Sequence record: MT533174.1
Length of the DNA: 64,000 bases
Source: Escherichia phage CJ20
Direction: 5' to 3' (one strand)
Under the pieces are notes generated by a model. That model saw only the letters and a program-made list of their open reading frames with translations, ran no database searches and was not told the DNA's origin. Each line of letters begins with the position of its first letter. The stretch's first letter is position 1. Made by a program: the position numbers and the translations under genes. Of the stretch, positions 17,834-29,277 are shown piece by piece.

Positions 17834-18103
17834 ATGAAAGAGAAAAAAGTGAAAGTTGAATTTTGTCCTGATACTCATGGTGCTGAACTGGCCAAGCTGA
17901 TTAAAGCTGCTTCCGATACCAAATTAAAAATGGAAGCATATGCAGACGAAATTAAAGACCTTAAAGATAAGGCAAAAACTGAATTAGGCGTTGACGGTAA
18001 GATGTTCAATACACAGCTCGGCCTGTATCATAAAGGCACTCGTGAGCGTTTTGAAGATGAAAAAACCGAAGCTGTGGAGCTCTATGATGTCCTCTTTAGT
18101 TAA
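17834..18103 (+). CDS. dsbA: dsDNA-binding protein DsbA-like (89 aa)
   Basis: 89 aa as in T4 DsbA; position between rnh and gene 33. Confidence 0.6.
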   Translation: MKEKKVKVEFCPDTHGAELAKLIKAASDTKLKMEAYADEIKDLKDKAKTELGVDGKMFNTQLGLYHKGTRERFEDEKTEAVELYDVLFS

Positions 18104-18377
18104 TTTTGATACACAGAAAACTGAATCGCCTTCTGGGGCGATTAGTAAGCAGCAAAACGGGCTTGATATTGAAGCCATGGTCGAGTCAACTGAAATGTCT
18201 TATCTGGAAGCTACAACTGCCTGGTTGGAAGAACGTGGAATTCCTGAGGGCAATTTTGCGCGATATATCCCTGCGGGAATCGTCGATAAGATTATGAATG
18301 AAGCATATGATGATAACCTGCTTCGTCCGAGTATGTCTCGTACACAGAAAACTAATACGCTGGACTTTTTGTTATGA
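18084..18377 (+). CDS. 33: late transcription co-activator gp33-like (97 aa)
   Basis: Position between dsbA and 59; start chosen at first ATG near dsbA stop (track start 17991 would overlap dsbA by over 100 nt). Confidence 0.45.
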   Translation: MMSSLVNFDTQKTESPSGAISKQQNGLDIEAMVESTEMSYLEATTAWLEERGIPEGNFARYIPAGIVDKIMNEAYDDNLLRPSMSRTQKTNTLDFLL

Positions 18378-19042
18378 TTACGATTCGCATGCCTCCAAAT
18401 AACAACCGATATATAAATGGTAAATCAGTATACCAACTGTACTTATCCATCAAACAGCATTTTTCGGGTCGTTATGATATTATCAAATATAACTGGACCA
18501 TGCGAATCTCCGATAGTGCTTATCAAAAACGTCGCGATAAGTATTTTTTCGAAAAGCTTAGCGATAAGTACACTCTTAAAGAATTAACGTTAATATTCAT
18601 GTCAAACCTGGTTGCGAACCAGGATGCATGGATAGGCGATATAAGTGATGCCGATGCTCTGATATTTTACAGAGAATACATTGGCAGACTTAAAAGAATT
18701 AGACAAGTATACGAAGATGATATAAAGAACATCTATTACTTCAGTAAGAAAGTCGAAGTCAAATCGCTCCAAGAGATTTTCGAGTATAATACTAAAGTGA
18801 ATACAAGTTATATTTTCAAACTTCTCCAATCGAATGTTATCTCATTTGAAACGTTTTGTTTGCTTGATTCATTTTTAGGTATTATAAATAAACATGATGA
18901 ACAGACTAACGACTTGGTTTGGGAAAAGTATTCAACCAAACTAAATGCCTATAAGAAAATCTTAAATATAGATTCTCTTGAAGCTCGTAAATTGTTCATC
19001 GAGACCGTTAAAAACTGTCAAATAACGCTTCAAACACTTTGA
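18374..19042 (+). CDS. 59: helicase loader gp59 (222 aa)
   Basis: Very close match to recalled T4 gp59 (NLVANQDAWIGDISDADAL, YYFSKKVEV, SYIFKLLQSN). Confidence 0.85.
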   Translation: MITIRMPPNNNRYINGKSVYQLYLSIKQHFSGRYDIIKYNWTMRISDSAYQKRRDKYFFEKLSDKYTLKELTLIFMSNLVANQDAWIGDISDADALIFYREYIGRLKRIRQVYEDDIKNIYYFSKKVEVKSLQEIFEYNTKVNTSYIFKLLQSNVISFETFCLLDSFLGIINKHDEQTNDLVWEKYSTKLNAYKKILNIDSLEARKLFIETVKNCQITLQTL

Positions 19043-19102
19043 AGTATAATTAATACGTAATCAAAACAACTGCTAAAAATCAAATAATCTAAGGAAAATC
19101 AT

Positions 19103-20014
19103 ATGTCTATGTTTAAACGTAAAAACCCTGCTGACCTGGCTGCTTCCCTTAACGCTCTTAAAGGTGGTTCTGGTTTCTCTTCTGACGATAAAAAAGAATG
19201 GAAACTGAAAGATACTGATGGCGTCGGCTCTGCGGTTATTCGTTTCCTGCCTTCTAAGAATGAAGAAAATCCATCTCCATTCATCAAGCTCGTTAACCAC
19301 GGCTTTAAAAATGCTGGTCAATGGTATATTGAAAACTGTACTTCTACTCACGGCGATTATGAAAACTGTCCTGTGTGTGCGTACATGAATAAGAATGACC
19401 TGTACAATACAAACGAATCCGAATATCGTAAACTGAAGCGTAATACTTCTTACTGGGCTAACATCCTGGTCATTAAAGACCCTGCTGTTCCGTCTAACGA
19501 AGGTCAAGTATTCAAATATCGCTTTGGTAAGAAAATCATGGACAAAATCAACCAGATGGTTGAAGTCGATGTTGACATGGGCGAAACAGCTATTGATGTA
19601 ACTTGTCCTTTTGAAGGTGCGAACTTCGTACTGAAATCTAAACTGGTTTCCGGTTATAAAAACTACGATGATTCCAAATTCATGAACCAGTCTGAAATCG
19701 CCGGCATCAATGATGAAGCATTCCAGAAAAAACTTTGGGACGACATGTCTGACCTGAATGAATTGCTGGTATTTAAATCTCTTGAAGAGAATCAGAAGAA
19801 ATTCTCTAAAGTAATGGGTACAGCTGCTCTCGGTGGTGCTGCTTCTAAAGCTGCTGCGCAAGCCGATAAACTGGGCGCTGACCTGGACGATTTTGATAAA
19901 GATATGGAAGACTTCACTTCCAGCAAACCTGCTAAGTCTGAACGCGCTGCGACTGCTCCAAGCACTCCAGAGCCTTCTGATGATGGTCTTGACGACCTTC
20001 TGGCTGGCCTTTAA
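19103..20014 (+). CDS. 32: single-stranded DNA-binding protein gp32 (303 aa)
   Basis: MFKRK N-terminus, zinc-site C-x3-H-x5-C-x2-C, acidic C-terminal tail; matches T4 gp32. Confidence 0.9.
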   Translation: MSMFKRKNPADLAASLNALKGGSGFSSDDKKEWKLKDTDGVGSAVIRFLPSKNEENPSPFIKLVNHGFKNAGQWYIENCTSTHGDYENCPVCAYMNKNDLYNTNESEYRKLKRNTSYWANILVIKDPAVPSNEGQVFKYRFGKKIMDKINQMVEVDVDMGETAIDVTCPFEGANFVLKSKLVSGYKNYDDSKFMNQSEIAGINDEAFQKKLWDDMSDLNELLVFKSLEENQKKFSKVMGTAALGGAASKAAAQADKLGADLDDFDKDMEDFTSSKPAKSERAATAPSTPEPSDDGLDDLLAGL

Positions 20015-20018
20015 TATA

Positions 20019-20046
20019 AGGGGACCTTCGGGTCCCTTTTTTATTT
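20019..20046 (+). terminator. rho-independent terminator after gene 32
   Basis: GGGACC-UUCG-GGUCCC hairpin plus T-run. Confidence 0.75.
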
Positions 20047-20056
20047 TCAAAAAGTA

Positions 20057-20086
20057 GTGTACAAGTCCTTTGAGCTAAGGCATAAT
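20057..20086 (+). promoter_or_regulatory. T4-type early promoter (GTGTACA-N17-CATAAT)
   Basis: Consensus early promoter with conserved leader GATTCCATCAACTACTGAT. Confidence 0.6.
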
Positions 20087-20124
20087 GATTCCATCAACTA
20101 CTGATAACAACTGAGGAAATAAAA

Positions 20125-20487
20125 ATGGAAATCGGCAAAAAATATGAGTTCAATCCACATCGTATTAAATCTTTCATTGATATTAGTTCATCGAATGCTA
20201 GTATGGTCGACATCATCCAAGAAAATGGCGGTTGGTTTGAAGTTAAATCAATATCAAGTGCAGACGGCTATGATTATGTAACCGAAATCATTTGTGCTAA
20301 TGGTGCAATCTATAATGATGATGGCATGGGTGATGATTATTTTGAACTTAGTGAAGAAGAGTTTTATTGCTTCCGCGAATACTCCAGTTATGCAAAAACA
20401 CCTTCAGGGGCGGTTTCTATTAATTGTGTTGTGGATGCTAATAACGTCGACCAAATCATTGAACTTCTACAAAAAGCTTTCAAATAA
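20125..20487 (+). CDS. hypothetical protein (120 aa), member of a small paralogous family
   Basis: RBS + ATG; shares GKKY and DDYFELSEEEFYCF motifs with ORF 20834-21202. Confidence 0.5.
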   Translation: MEIGKKYEFNPHRIKSFIDISSSNASMVDIIQENGGWFEVKSISSADGYDYVTEIICANGAIYNDDGMGDDYFELSEEEFYCFREYSSYAKTPSGAVSINCVVDANNVDQIIELLQKAFK

Positions 20488-20549
20488 CAGTTTACAACGG
20501 GTCTATGGTTGAGATACTATAGGCCTATCAACTACATGAGGAAAATAAA

Positions 20550-20777
20550 ATGGCTAAAGTTAATATTGATATCGTTGATTTTGAATACACTTACGAAGTT
20601 ATCCGCAATCGTTATCCTTCTTTGTGTATGACTTACATTAAAGATACCCAATTCTTTAGTGTTCAAATTGAAGTCCAGGGTCCTCTTGAAGACCTTACCC
20701 GCTTTATGCAAAATGAATATTGCGAAGGGATGCACCCGGAAGACGCTAAATTTTATATGAATTTGATTGAAGCTTAG
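20550..20777 (+). CDS. hypothetical protein (75 aa)
   Basis: GAGGAAAATAAA RBS; own early promoter upstream (GTTTACA 20490-20496). Confidence 0.5.
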   Translation: MAKVNIDIVDFEYTYEVIRNRYPSLCMTYIKDTQFFSVQIEVQGPLEDLTRFMQNEYCEGMHPEDAKFYMNLIEA

Positions 20778-20833
20778 TATACAAACCAACGGGAACATGC
20801 TAATATGTTCCCAACTGAAATGAGGAAATTAAA

Positions 20834-21202
20834 ATGATGGAAACTGGTAAATTTTACGTATTAGACCCTGCTGCTAAAAAACAATTCATCGCTGGTAGTC
20901 CTGATGATAATTCGTGCATAGTCAAGCTGATGGAACAGCATGGCAGTTCCTTCAAAGTCCTGGATATGTGCTTTATTGATGGCGATTATTTTGTTGAAAA
21001 AGTTGAAATGAAAGATGGCACCATCCTGAATAGTATGGGGGATTCTGATGAGTACTTTGAACTCGCTGAATGGGAATTCTGTCACTTCCTGGAAGTTGAT
21101 GGCGATGCTCCTTATGTTGATACCCAAACCATTCATGTGCAGGTAAATCATAAAAATGCCGCAGAAGTCATTGCACTGATTAAAGCAACTTTTGGGGTCT
21201 AA
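20834..21202 (+). CDS. hypothetical protein (122 aa), paralogue of 20125-20487 and 33097-33639
   Basis: Shares GKFY...AKKQFIAG with ORF 33097 and DEYFELAEWEF with ORF 20125. Confidence 0.5.
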   Translation: MMETGKFYVLDPAAKKQFIAGSPDDNSCIVKLMEQHGSSFKVLDMCFIDGDYFVEKVEMKDGTILNSMGDSDEYFELAEWEFCHFLEVDGDAPYVDTQTIHVQVNHKNAAEVIALIKATFGV

Positions 21203-21203
21203 T

Positions 21204-21458
21204 ATGACTAAAGATGATTTCCTGGATGCAGTAGAAAAAGCAAGCGAACAATTTGAAGTAATGGGTGTACGAGTTCATAAAGACAGAAATTATGGCCTCG
21301 ATGTTCAAACATACTCATTGTGGCTTGTTGGTGAACACAGTCTTGCAACCAATCTTGTTATGGGGGTTGATACTCATCCTTTATTAGTTAAGTTCAGAAG
21401 TATGGAAAAAGCCACCAAGGAAATGATTAAACTTGGCAAATGGCTTGATAAAATTTAA
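21204..21458 (+). CDS. hypothetical protein (84 aa)
   Basis: First ATG in frame; ORF-track start at 21192 is TTG. Confidence 0.45.
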   Translation: MTKDDFLDAVEKASEQFEVMGVRVHKDRNYGLDVQTYSLWLVGEHSLATNLVMGVDTHPLLVKFRSMEKATKEMIKLGKWLDKI

Positions 21459-21464
21459 AAAGTA

Positions 21465-21494
21465 GTGTACAACCAAATGGGGCTATGACATAAT
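21465..21494 (+). promoter_or_regulatory. T4-type early promoter (GTGTACA-N17-CATAAT)
   Basis: Conserved cassette AAAAAGTAGTGTACAA...CATAATGGTCCCATACTGAGTTAC. Confidence 0.6.
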
Positions 21495-21531
21495 GGTCCC
21501 ATACTGAGTTACCAAATAACTGGAGAATAAA

Positions 21532-21771
21532 ATGAAATTACAACGTGAGAGCATCAAAGATTCAGAAGTTAAAGGTAAATGGTACTTCACAATCCAGGGT
21601 AACAATCCAGAAGCTCTGGAAAAAGCTGAACAAGCTTTGTGTGAAATGGGTTGGAAAGATGAGTGTGATGGTTGTCCTCTTTATGAAGATGGCAGCTCGT
21701 CTGGTTTCTGGATTCACCACTCTGATGTTGACCAATTTAAAGCTGACTGGAAAGTTGCTAAGAAAGCGTGA
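21532..21771 (+). CDS. hypothetical protein (79 aa), Cys-containing
   Basis: RBS GGAGAATAAA; CEMGWKDECDGCP motif may bind metal. Confidence 0.5.
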   Translation: MKLQRESIKDSEVKGKWYFTIQGNNPEALEKAEQALCEMGWKDECDGCPLYEDGSSSGFWIHHSDVDQFKADWKVAKKA

Positions 21772-21781
21772 GGAAAATATA

Positions 21782-22119
21782 ATGCTTGCTGAATACACTT
21801 GTTTTGCTAAAGATGATGCACATCCTGAACTGATTCTTGAAGTTAAGGTTAATACTCTTGAACAAAAATTTGATTGGAGCCTTTACATCTATCCTAAAAA
21901 TAATATTGATGGTCCACAGAAATATACGCTTAATGACAAGTGCATTAGTGGTATCATTGGATATGGTACAAGTGAAAGCAAATATTCATTAGAAGATATT
22001 CGCCAATCACGTTGCGCGGTATCATATTTTGATACAGATACAATTAAACATCTTTACAAATTGATTCTCGATATTCGCAAAGATTTTACTGCCATTAAAA
22101 AGACAGTTAAGGAATTAAA

Positions 22120-22123
<4 letters not shown>
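21782..22123 (+). CDS. hypothetical protein (113 aa)
   Basis: ATG after GAGGAAAATATA RBS; track ORF 21545-22123 is the same frame extended upstream. Confidence 0.45.
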
Positions 22124-23785
<1,662 letters not shown>

Positions 23786-23916
23786 TGCAAATTCAAATTG
23801 CTGGCATTTTATTTTTGGTCGTAATGGTCAGACTTAACTTCCTTCTATAAATACGATTCCGCTCCAGGGGTCATGTGTTAGTATAAGCATGACCCCATTT
23901 TATAACAGAGGAAAAC

Positions 23917-26172
23917 ATGCAAGTACAAAAAAGTAGTGGCGTATCTCAAGATTTTGATGGCCAGAAAATTATTAAAGTTCTTTCCTGGTCATGTGAAGGA
24001 ACCAATATCGACCCGTATGAATTATACGAAACAATCAAACCACATCTGCGCGATGGTATGACTACTCGTGATATTCAGACGGTTATCATCAAAGTGTCTG
24101 CTGGGCTTATCTCGGTTGAAGAACCAGATTACCAATACGTTGCAGCGAAGGCTACGATGTTTGCTCTGCGTAAAGATGTTTATGGCCAGTTTGAGCCACG
24201 TTCTTTTATTGACCAGATTTCTTATTGTGTTAATGAAGGCAAATATGACCCGGAGCTGTTGTCAAGCTACTCGGCTGAAGAGATTACTTATCTGGAATCT
24301 CGTATCAAGCACGAACGCGATTTTGACCTGACTTATGCAGGCGCGATGCAGTTGAAAGAGAAATACCTGGTTAAAGATAAAACCACTGGGAAAATCTACG
24401 AGACTCCACAATTCGCTATCATGGCTATCGGAATGGCACTGCACCAGGATGAACCAACGGACCGTCTGAAGCACGTTTGCCGTTTTTATGATGCAGTATC
24501 CACTCGACAGGTTTCGTTGCCTACACCTATCATGGCGGGCGCCAGAACACCTACCAGGCAGTTCAGTTCCTGCGTGGTTATCGAAGCTGCTGACTCCCTG
24601 AAGTCAATCAATAAGACTGCCAATTCAATCATCGAATATATCAGTAAGCGTGCGGGTATCGGCATCAACGTTGGTATGATTCGTGCCGAAGGTTCGAAAA
24701 TCGGTATGGGTGAAGTCAAGCATACTGGTGTTATTCCGTTCTGGAAACATTTCCAAACGGCTGTTAAATCCTGTTCACAAGGTGGAATCCGTGGCGGCGC
24801 TGCTACTGCTTATTATCCTATTTGGCATTTGGAAGTTGAAAATTTACTCGTTCTGAAGAACAACAAAGGCGTTGAAGAAAACCGTATCAGGCATATGGAC
24901 TATGGTGTCCAGTTGAATAACCTGATGATGGAACGACTGGCCAAGAATGATTACATCACTCTGTTTAGTCCACACGAAGCTGGCGGTGAATTGTATTATT
25001 CATATTTTGATAACCCGGATAAATTCCGTGAGTTATATGAAGCCTTAGAAAAAGACCCGACAGTTCGTAAGAAACGTATCAAAGCAAAAGATGTATTTGA
25101 ATTATTCATGACCGAACGTTCCGGTACAGCCAGGGTTTATCCGCAGTTCGTCGATAACGTGAATGACTACACTCCGTTCATCCGCGATAAGGCTCCGATT
25201 CGTCAATCAAACCTTTGCTGCGAAATTGCAATCCCGACTACTGATGTGAACAGCGAAGACGCTGAAATCGGATTGTGCACCCTCTCTGCATTTGTTCTGG
25301 ATAGTTTTGACTGGCAGGACCAAGATAAGATTAACGAGCTAGCCGAAGTTCAAGTTCGTGCTCTTGATAATCTGTTGGACTACCAGGGTTATCCGGTTAA
25401 AGAAGCTCTGAAAGCCAAAAAACGCCGCAACCTGGGTGTTGGGGTTACTAACTATGCTGCATGGTTGGCAAGCAATTTCGCTTCCTACACTGATGCAAAC
25501 GATTTAACGCATGAACTGTTCGAGAGATTACAATATGGCCTTATCCGTGCATCAATCAAACTCGCCAAAGAAAAAGGACCTTGCGAATATTATTCAGACA
25601 CTCGTTGGGCTCGAGGCGAATTACCTATCGACTGGTACAATAAAAAGATTGACCAAATCGCAGCTCCAAACTACGTTTGTGACTGGGCGCAGTTGCGGGA
25701 AGACCTGGTTGCGCATGGCATCCGTAATAGCACATTATCAGCACTTATGCCTTGTGAGTCATCTTCCCAAGTTTCTAACAGTACAAACGGTATCGAACCT
25801 CCGCGTGGACCAGTCTCTATTAAAGAGTCAAAAGAGGGTTCCTTTAATCAAGTCGTGCCCAATATTGAGCACAATAAAGGATTGTACGATTACGCATGGG
25901 TGCTAGCTAAGCAAGGTAACAAACCTTATCTGACACAAGTCGCGATTATGTTGAAATGGATTTGTCAGTCAGCATCAGCCAATACATATTATGACCCGCA
26001 GAATTATCCGAAAGGAAAAGTTCCGATGTCAGTTATGCTTGACGACCTGATGTACTTCTGGTATTTTGGTGGAAAAAACCTTTATTATCATAACACTCGA
26101 GATGGTTCCGGAACAGACGATTACGAAATCGAAGCTCCTAAAGCAGAAGACTGCTCCGCCTGTAAACTTTGA
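23917..26172 (+). CDS. nrdA: ribonucleotide reductase large subunit NrdA (751 aa)
   Basis: Class I RNR active site SNLCCEIAIP; C-terminal CSACKL redox pair; length close to T4 NrdA. Confidence 0.9.
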   Translation: MQVQKSSGVSQDFDGQKIIKVLSWSCEGTNIDPYELYETIKPHLRDGMTTRDIQTVIIKVSAGLISVEEPDYQYVAAKATMFALRKDVYGQFEPRSFIDQISYCVNEGKYDPELLSSYSAEEITYLESRIKHERDFDLTYAGAMQLKEKYLVKDKTTGKIYETPQFAIMAIGMALHQDEPTDRLKHVCRFYDAVSTRQVSLPTPIMAGARTPTRQFSSCVVIEAADSLKSINKTANSIIEYISKRAGIGINVGMIRAEGSKIGMGEVKHTGVIPFWKHFQTAVKSCSQGGIRGGAATAYYPIWHLEVENLLVLKNNKGVEENRIRHMDYGVQLNNLMMERLAKNDYITLFSPHEAGGELYYSYFDNPDKFRELYEALEKDPTVRKKRIKAKDVFELFMTERSGTARVYPQFVDNVNDYTPFIRDKAPIRQSNLCCEIAIPTTDVNSEDAEIGLCTLSAFVLDSFDWQDQDKINELAEVQVRALDNLLDYQGYPVKEALKAKKRRNLGVGVTNYAAWLASNFASYTDANDLTHELFERLQYGLIRASIKLAKEKGPCEYYSDTRWARGELPIDWYNKKIDQIAAPNYVCDWAQLREDLVAHGIRNSTLSALMPCESSSQVSNSTNGIEPPRGPVSIKESKEGSFNQVVPNIEHNKGLYDYAWVLAKQGNKPYLTQVAIMLKWICQSASANTYYDPQNYPKGKVPMSVMLDDLMYFWYFGGKNLYYHNTRDGSGTDDYEIEAPKAEDCSACKL

Positions 26173-26210
26173 TATAATTATGCTCATGGATGAGCTATTG
26201 AGGAAATAAA

Positions 26211-27389
26211 ATGAGTACAGTTTTTAATACCACTCCAGTGGATGTTTTAGCTGAGCCGATGTTTTTTGGTTCAGGATTGGGGATTGCCCGTTATGATATC
26301 CAGCGCCATAAAGTTTTCGAAGAATTAACAGAAAAGCAATTATCATTCTTCTGGCGACCTGAGGAAGTAAACCTGATGATGGATGGAGCCCAATTTAATA
26401 AGCTTCCTGAACATCAACAAAATATTTTTACCAACAACCTGAAATACCAATCACTTCTGGATAGTATTCAGGGTCGTGCTCCAGCTGCAGCATTAGCCGC
26501 ATTAGTTTCTGACCCGAGTCTTGATACATGGATTCAGACCTGGACATTCAGCGAGACAATTCACTCTCGTTCTTATACGCACATAATGCGAAATCTCTAT
26601 ACGGACCCGGCGAAGGTATTCGACGAAATCCTGTTAGATGATGCAATCATGAAGCGTGCAGAATCCATTGGTCATTACTATGATGATGTTCTGAATAAAA
26701 CTCGTCAATGGCAAAACCAGATTGCTTTTGTTGAACTGGCCAAAGAAACTCCCGAAGCGGACGAACGTTTGGAACGAGCTATCAAACAAGAAGCTATCGC
26801 CAAACGAGTATTGATGAAGTCTCTTTATCTCTGCCTGCATGTTATTAACGCGCTGGAAGCTATTCGTTTTTATGTATCTTTTGCATGTACTTTCAACTTC
26901 CATAAGAACATGGAAATCATGGAAGGTAACGCGAAGATAATGAAGTTCATCGCCCGTGATGAACAGCTCCATCTTAAGGGGACCCAATATATTCTTCGTC
27001 AGCTGCAGACTGGTGTTGACGGTGACGAATGGGTTAAAATTGCTCACGAATGTGAAGCAGAAGCCGCAGCTATTTTCATGGAAGTCAATCGCCAGGAAAA
27101 GGAATGGGCTGTACATCTGTTTAAAGATGGTGGACTCCCCGGGCTGAGCGTCGAGATTCTTAACCGGTTCATCGATTACCTGACGGTTTCTCGTATGAAG
27201 CAATGTGGTCTCCCGTGTGAAATCGTGTTAGAATCTACTAAGCACCCGATTCCATGGATTCGCGAATATCTTAACTCTGATAATGTGCAATCTGCACCAC
27301 AAGAAGTTGAGTTGTCTGCTTACCTGGTAGCCCAGATTGACAATGACGTCGATGAGAATGTTCTTGCTGGTTTCCGTAAATATCTATAA
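26211..27389 (+). CDS. nrdB: ribonucleotide reductase small subunit NrdB (392 aa), uninterrupted
   Basis: Di-iron ligand motifs (SETIHSRSYTHI, DEQLHL); continuous ORF. Confidence 0.9.
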   Translation: MSTVFNTTPVDVLAEPMFFGSGLGIARYDIQRHKVFEELTEKQLSFFWRPEEVNLMMDGAQFNKLPEHQQNIFTNNLKYQSLLDSIQGRAPAAALAALVSDPSLDTWIQTWTFSETIHSRSYTHIMRNLYTDPAKVFDEILLDDAIMKRAESIGHYYDDVLNKTRQWQNQIAFVELAKETPEADERLERAIKQEAIAKRVLMKSLYLCLHVINALEAIRFYVSFACTFNFHKNMEIMEGNAKIMKFIARDEQLHLKGTQYILRQLQTGVDGDEWVKIAHECEAEAAAIFMEVNRQEKEWAVHLFKDGGLPGLSVEILNRFIDYLTVSRMKQCGLPCEIVLESTKHPIPWIREYLNSDNVQSAPQEVELSAYLVAQIDNDVDENVLAGFRKYL

Positions 27390-27390
27390 G

Positions 27391-27412
27391 GAAAGGGCTT
27401 CGGCCCTTTTTG
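27391..27412 (+). terminator. rho-independent terminator after nrdB (GGGC-UUCG-GCCC + U5)
   Basis: GC hairpin with UUCG loop and T-run; ends 4 nt before denA ATG. Confidence 0.65.
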
Positions 27413-27415
27413 CCC

Positions 27416-27826
27416 ATGAAACAAATCGCTGATGAATACAGTTTTATAAAATACGCGGAGTTAGAGTTAGTCGATGGTAAAATCCCTATCCTTACTCTCG
27501 CAAACAAGAAAAATGTTATCTATGCTATTTCAGTTGATGATGAACTAGTGTATATTGGTAAGACGAACAACCTTAAGAAGCGTATCAACTATTACCGGAC
27601 TGCGATTAACCGAATCGACCAGACGAGTGATTCAAACAAATCCCGGATGATACATGAAGCTTTACAAGAAGGTAAAAAGGTGGTATTCTATGCACGACAA
27701 TGTTTCAATCTGTCAATGACCAATGAACTTGGCACAATGTCAGTCGAAACGATGTCTCTGGAAGAGCCGATGTTCATCAAGCTTTTTAATCCCCCGTGGA
27801 ATTACCAACATAAGGTGAAGAAATGA
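27416..27826 (+). CDS. denA: endonuclease II DenA-like (136 aa), GIY-YIG-type
   Basis: 136 aa as T4 DenA; N-terminus and VYIGKT...LKKR motif; position after nrdB. Confidence 0.6.
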   Translation: MKQIADEYSFIKYAELELVDGKIPILTLANKKNVIYAISVDDELVYIGKTNNLKKRINYYRTAINRIDQTSDSNKSRMIHEALQEGKKVVFYARQCFNLSMTNELGTMSVETMSLEEPMFIKLFNPPWNYQHKVKK

Positions 27827-28959
27827 TTGAATTATATGATAACTTAATGAAGCTTTGCGCCGAATCCGATAAAGGTAAGTTTTTCTATACGGATTTTGTT
27901 TCTCCATTTGAAACTAAGTTCCGCATCTTCAGCTATAACTATGCTTCCTATAGTGATTGGCTTCTTGATGATGCACTGGAGTGTCGTGGCATTATGTTTG
28001 AAATGGATGACAATGGTCCAGTTCGCATTGCTGCCCGTCCTATGGAAAAATTCTTTAATCTGGGTGAGAACCCAATGACCATGGACCTTAACCTTGATGA
28101 AGTTGTCCTGGTTACTGCAAAAGCTGATGGTAGCTTGGTTTCTACTTATATGGACCAGACCAATATTGCTTTTAAATCCAAAGGGTCAATTAAAAGCTCC
28201 CAAGCTGCTGAATCTCTGCAGGTGTTTAAACAACCGCACCGTGAAGCGTTCAGGGCTCGTGTGACTGAAATCACTGAAGCTGGTTATACATGCAATATGG
28301 AATATGTTGCACCAACCAACCGCATTGTTTTGCCTTACCAGGAACGTGACCTGATTTTACTGAACGTTCGTCATAATGAAACTGGCGAATATATTCCTTA
28401 TCCTGAGCTGTTCAAAGATGCTGCACTCCGTCCTTTCCTGGTTGAAGCATATGACCTGGTGAGCATTGAGAATGTTCGTGGTATGAAAGAGATTGAAGGT
28501 TTCGTCTACGAGCTGGCAAGTGGTCAGAAGTTCAAGCTGAAAACAGAATGGTATTGTGCTCTGCACCATACTAAAGACTCCATTAATAATAATGAGCGCC
28601 TGTTTGAAGTTGTTGTTGCCGGCGGCGCAGATGATGTTATTGCCATGTTTACTGGTGATGATTATGCTCGCGAAAAAGTTAATGCCTTTACCATTGTACA
28701 TCTGGATTATCTGTCTAATACGCTGGGATTGTTGCTTGATGCCCAGAAACAGTTAGCAGGAAAAGACCGTCGCGAGTTTGCGATTAAAGGTCAAGAGTTG
28801 TGTAAACCATACCCGGGATTGTTCTCCGTATTAATGAACACATATCAACGCCCGCAGGAAACCGAACAAACGATTGCTCAAATCAATAAAGTTTTCCTTA
28901 AAAATCATAAACTTTACATTCCGTCGGACTACCAAGCGGAAGTAATCCTTCCTGAATAA
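27823..28959 (+). CDS. rnlA: RNA ligase 1 (378 aa)
   Basis: Adenylylation motif KADGSL; extensive similarity to recalled T4 Rnl1. Confidence 0.85.
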   Translation: MIELYDNLMKLCAESDKGKFFYTDFVSPFETKFRIFSYNYASYSDWLLDDALECRGIMFEMDDNGPVRIAARPMEKFFNLGENPMTMDLNLDEVVLVTAKADGSLVSTYMDQTNIAFKSKGSIKSSQAAESLQVFKQPHREAFRARVTEITEAGYTCNMEYVAPTNRIVLPYQERDLILLNVRHNETGEYIPYPELFKDAALRPFLVEAYDLVSIENVRGMKEIEGFVYELASGQKFKLKTEWYCALHHTKDSINNNERLFEVVVAGGADDVIAMFTGDDYAREKVNAFTIVHLDYLSNTLGLLLDAQKQLAGKDRREFAIKGQELCKPYPGLFSVLMNTYQRPQETEQTIAQINKVFLKNHKLYIPSDYQAEVILPE

Positions 28960-28969
28960 TAAAAAAGGG

Positions 28970-28999
28970 GTGTACAAGCCCCTCCTTTCTATACATAAT
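28970..28999 (+). promoter_or_regulatory. T4-type early promoter (GTGTACA-N17-CATAAT); -35 lies in loop of GGGG/CCCC hairpin
   Basis: Consensus spacing; leader GGTTCCATCAACTACTGAT shared with promoter at 20057. Confidence 0.55.
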
Positions 29000-29030
29000 G
29001 GTTCCATCAACTACTGATGAGGACTAAAAC

Positions 29031-29264
29031 ATGTTAAACTTAATTACAAATGAAAGAGTTACACAGGCATATGGTGACAGTAATGACGGAATCTATGTCT
29101 ACAAGGGAGACCGCCGGATTGGTTTCATTACTGACCTGAAGGCCAAATTGTTAAAAGAACTGAAAGCTCAAACAGGTGATTCTGGGTTTAGAGCAAGAGC
29201 CAAAAAGAAAGATGAACGCCTGGGTGCCAACTCTTTTGGTCCCCGGGGTTACAACCGCTACTAA
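29031..29264 (+). CDS. hypothetical protein (77 aa), tandem paralogue of next ORF
   Basis: Shares YGDxxDGIYVYKGxxxIGxxTDL N-terminal motif with ORF 29278. Confidence 0.45.
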   Translation: MLNLITNERVTQAYGDSNDGIYVYKGDRRIGFITDLKAKLLKELKAQTGDSGFRARAKKKDERLGANSFGPRGYNRY

Positions 29265-29277
29265 TGAGGAAAATATT

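Noticed and set aside
17991-18377. 128 aa version of the gene 33 ORF
   Set aside because: That start would overlap dsbA by more than 100 nt; the in-frame ATG at 18084 is more plausible.
19073-20050. 325 aa minus-strand ORF
   Set aside because: Completely antisense to gp32, which has strong homology support.
26634-27203. 189 aa minus-strand ORF
   Set aside because: Antisense to nrdB.
27416-27826. DenA as a mobile homing endonuclease
   Set aside because: Although GIY-YIG-like, its size and position match T4 endonuclease II, a host-DNA degradation enzyme; it is not in an intron or intein and there is no target duplication.
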